A stretch of 55,892 bases of DNA from Sphaerodactylus townsendi (lineage: Eukaryota): NCBI RefSeq assembly GCF_021028975.2, contig NC_059439.1, forward strand, positions 14,578,109 to 14,634,000. Direction: 5' to 3'. The translations under genes were made by a program, and so were the position numbers. Positions 52,647-55,892 of the stretch are shown piece by piece; the stretch's first letter is position 1, and every line of letters begins with the position of its first letter. Under the pieces are notes generated by a model. That model was not told the origin of the DNA. It was given only the letters and a program-made list of their open reading frames with translations, and did no database searches.

Positions 52647-52823
52647 AACCCCGGATACCGGGTGAAGATTTCTTCTGTTTGGCACCTCCAGCTTCTTCAA
52701 GGCCATTGGGGAGAGCAAAGCGCTGGGCACCCTCTTTCCTCACCTTACAAGAGGAGGCAGCGTCTATTTGCATGATATTTCATTGCCTTTCCACGTTCCC
52801 CCCCCCCTCCCCATTTTCCCTGC
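52647..52823 (+). repeat. 177-bp direct duplication in HOXB9 intron, copy A
   Basis: Identical to 54153-54330 except two substitutions and poly-C length. Confidence 0.93.
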
Positions 52824-54152
52824 AGCACCCTTAGAGTTGAGATGAGATGGTTTGGTTCGTCCTCTTGTGGGAAAGAGGACCCTCCAACATGGGGCAGCAA
52901 TGCCGCGAGAAAAGATAAGCCTTATTTACTTCCTGGGTGCCTCCTCCCCCTCCCCCCGCCTGGATTTTCCCCAAAGAGGAAGTCCAGAGCCCCGGGTCTT
53001 CCAGGAGTGGCGTTCTGCACTTGCAAAACCCATCCTGAGCGATTCTGTAGCCTGACAAATCCGACCCACCGTTTCTTCCCCAGAAGTGACTGGCTCTAAT
53101 AGGCGGGATTAAATATTAAAGAAGAGACACGCTCTTAATAATTGATACGGCTACCTATCTTTTAATGGCGCGTGGGGGGGGGGGGGTGGTTCTCCACCAA
53201 CGACCCTCTCCCCCCCCACCCCCGTTGCCTTTTTAAAATTCGTGTTTGTGTGATTTCTTGGCACTTCAAGGAAACATGACGTCCGCTGCAGGAAAACAAG
53301 TTTATCTTTCGTGCCACGCTATTCCCCAAACAGAAAAGGCGGGGGGGAAGGAGACGGCGAGAGAGAGAGTAATGTTTCTTTAGCACGCTACATTTAGGGA
53401 AACCAAAAACAAAAAAAGCCACCCCATAACATAAACCCACCGTTTCACGAATACGAAATTCCTACAGGGCTAAAAGGCTTGCTGAGGGGAAATGCTCTCC
53501 AATTCTTTCTCTCTTTTTTTTGGGGGGGGGGGAGGGGTGTCAGACTTTTGTTTCTGTCCCTCCTTTGCTTTCTATTTCTTTTGGCCTTTTTTTTTTTTTT
53601 TTGCAGCCATCAGCCAAAGTCTGCCTTCTTTAAGCCACGCTCAGCCCCAGATGCTATTCCTCAGCCCTCTGGAACCAGTTTTAAGGAGGCAGGGTTCTCC
53701 AACGTCTTCAGTGGGTGCAGGGGCGGGGGGGGGGAGTGGGGCACAGCCGGGTGAAGAAAAGACCTATTTCCCATTCTTCTCCACTGTCCGGCTTCATCCT
53801 GGAAGCCGAGTCTTTCTGCCCATCTCCCCAGCACAAACACGCCTTGTTCCCCCCCGCCCGCCCTCCCCCTGTGCGAGAGCCAGCGGCCGGGGGACAGAAG
53901 GACACCAATCTGGGTTTCCATGCACGCTCTTTTCCCGGCTGCAATTCCGGATCGGGATCAGAACTCGAGAGAGAGGCAAAGAAATGCGTTTACGCGAAGA
54001 CAGAAATGCACGAAGTGGCGTTTCCAAAGGGCCAAGGGGATTTCTGTCCTGGAGAGCTGTTGTTGTTGTTTTTTAAAGCGGCCAAGTCGGTTTTCAAAGG
54101 CGAAGCTTCCCCCCGAGGCACCCTCCAAAATACGGCCCCCAAATCTGTTTCC

Positions 54153-54330
54153 AACCCCGGATACCGGGTGAAGATTTCTTCTGTTTGGCACCTCCAGCTT
54201 CTTCAAGGCCATTGGGGAGAGCAAAGCGTTGGGCACCCTCTTTCCTCACCTTACAAGAGGAGGCAGCGTCTATTTGCATGATATTTCATTGCCTTTCCAC
54301 GCTCCCCCCCCCCCTCCCCATTTTCCCTGC
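54153..54330 (+). repeat. 177-bp direct duplication in HOXB9 intron, copy B
   Basis: AACCCCGGATACCGGG...CCCCATTTTCCCTGC, matching 52647-52823. Confidence 0.93.
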
Positions 54331-55174
54331 CTTTTTTTTCTCTCCCGGTCGCGAAACGCCCCACACGATTAAGTTTAAGACTTTGCCAGTCTGTTGTTCC
54401 CTCTAGCAAATAAAAAGATCCAATTAAGCTCGTTTCTCTTTTTACTGTGTTGTTGGGGAAAGAAAAGGGGGGGGGGAATCGCGGCTCTGAAATATTCATA
54501 CGCACGTCGGGCGCATTTCATAAGCAAACGACAGTCAGCGATCGGGGGCGAGAGCGACAGGAGAAGGGACCGGGGGTCTTTCGAGGTAAACAAGGGCGCA
54601 CAACGACCAAGCCCCCCCCCCGCGACGCCTCCACGTGAACTTCTCCCCATTCCCTGTTTTGAAATGGAGAAGCACAAAACACCCCCGAATATTTCCTCCC
54701 AGTCCCCTTCAGCACCCTTTCCGCAACATCGCGCCCGCACAAACCAACGCACAACGCCTCCATATTTCCTCGTCCCCCAGCCTGGCACAAAAGAATTTAC
54801 TACAGGCGAGTTAGTCACTTGGACTTGTTTAGGGTGGCGAGGCATTCCCCCCCCCTCCCTCCCGCCCTCCTGCACATTATTTCATTTCAGTTTTTTTTTA
54901 AAAAAACACACACACAACAACAACAATCTCGATTTTCGTCCATTTCCTCTCCCCCTCCCATCCTAGATTAGGACGACTGGATTTTGGAGGGGGGGGAGAA
55001 GGAAAAGGGGTCTCCTTTTAAGACCTGCAATATTTTTTTTTTGTTTAAAGCTTCCCTCTCCCATTGTGCCGTTTTATGACACCCCCACCCCCACCCCTCT
55101 TCGGGTTGTTGTTGTTGTTTCCTTCTTCCTCTTAATGCTGTTTACTTCCTCACTTTTTCTTTTTTATAACTTAC

Positions 55175-55685
55175 TTTGATCTGGCCTGCTTTTGTCTTCG
55201 CTTCCTTCACAAACTTTATTGTCCTCGAAGCCGGGCCTTTGATTGGAAGCGGTCCCTTCCCTTGCAGCCGCGGTTTCTAAATGGTACTCCTGTGTGCCCT
55301 GTTTACGGATCTCCCCGGGATGTCCCAGCAGCGGTTCTGTTTTAACTGCTCCCTGCCCGGCTATGTTTTCTGTTCTGGGCACGGGGTCCAGCCAGCTGCG
55401 TAGATACCTACTCTCGGAGGTTGGGAGGTTTTGATGCTGAATGTAGGGATGGTAGACCGAAGGAAGGGTGGTCGCACTGTGTGGCGTCAGAGGCGTCCAG
55501 GAAGCGCTGAAAACGGCCGATTTGGGCTGGAAACTACAGGAGGGGAACTCGAGGGACTCTGTGTGGCTAGTCTGCCTGGAGTTTGCATACTGGCCCGACG
55601 AGAATTTGGCCGCGGGAGATTCTTCGCTGTCATGACTTATAATGGAGTCGACATAATAATTGCTAAGGGTTCCAGAAATGGACAT
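55175..55685 (-). CDS. HOXB9: Homeobox protein Hox-B9, coding exon 1
   Basis: MSISGTLSNYYVDSIISH...CEGSEDKSRPDQ. Donor CAA A|GTAAGT. 511+236 nt = 248 aa plus stop. The ORF track starts upstream at a TTG; the real ATG is at 55685. Confidence 0.96.
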
Positions 55686-55695
55686 CCTTGGACAT
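55663..55695 (-). other. Out-of-frame uORF overlapping the HOXB9 start codon (MSKDVHFWNP*)
   Basis: ATG TCC AAG GAT GTC CAT TTC TGG AAC CCT TAG; its ATG is 10 nt 5' of the main ATG. Confidence 0.55.
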
Positions 55696-55892
55696 CCTAA
55701 GGAGCCCCCACAGTTCAGTGAAGGGGAAAAACACCCAAAAATAAACACAGGAGCAATAAAACCCAATAAAAAAAAGACAGGCGCAGGTCTGGAGCTAGCT
55801 GGTTTCTAGAGGTCATGGAAGTACGGAAGGGTGCTGGGTGGCGGGTGGTGGCGGGGGGCTGTAAAAAACAGGCGAGGCGGCCGCCTGACCCC

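Noticed and set aside
55686-55766. 27-aa N-terminal extension of HOXB9 in the ORF track (also 4 aa for HOXB6)
   Set aside because: Begins at TTG under a bacterial start rule. The conserved Hox N-termini start at ATG 55685 and ATG 21307.

Overview
This is vertebrate DNA from the central HoxB cluster, not microbial DNA. The interspersed repeats suggest a squamate reptile, probably a gecko (inference). Five two-exon homeobox genes lie on the minus strand: HOXB5 (exons 14566-15184 and 12822-13069, 288 aa), HOXB6 (20887-21307 and 18544-18803, 226 aa, donor lost in an N-gap), HOXB7 (36479-36878 and 32479-32732, 217 aa), HOXB8 (41520-41943 and 40182-40489, 243 aa) and HOXB9 (55175-55685 and 51226-51461, 248 aa). 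All have phase-1 introns. Non-coding features include a DR5 retinoic-acid response element at the expected DE-RARE position, a near-perfect miR-196 site in the HOXB8 3'UTR, a miR-196 seed site in the HOXB7 3'UTR, two CTCF motifs, Cdx/Hox motif clusters, and poly(A) signals. miR-10a and miR-196a-1 hairpins were not seen and probably lie just outside the window. Unusual items: several fold-back MITE-like elements inside the cluster (one in the HOXB6 3'UTR), a SINE, degenerate Penelope/hammerhead-like relics, a 177-bp near-identical duplication in the HOXB9 intron, 68-bp and ~92-bp tandem arrays, and an out-of-frame uORF overlapping the HOXB9 start codon. Nine assembly gaps limit what can be seen. 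I found no convincing novel protein-coding system; the best candidates for something undescribed are regulatory.
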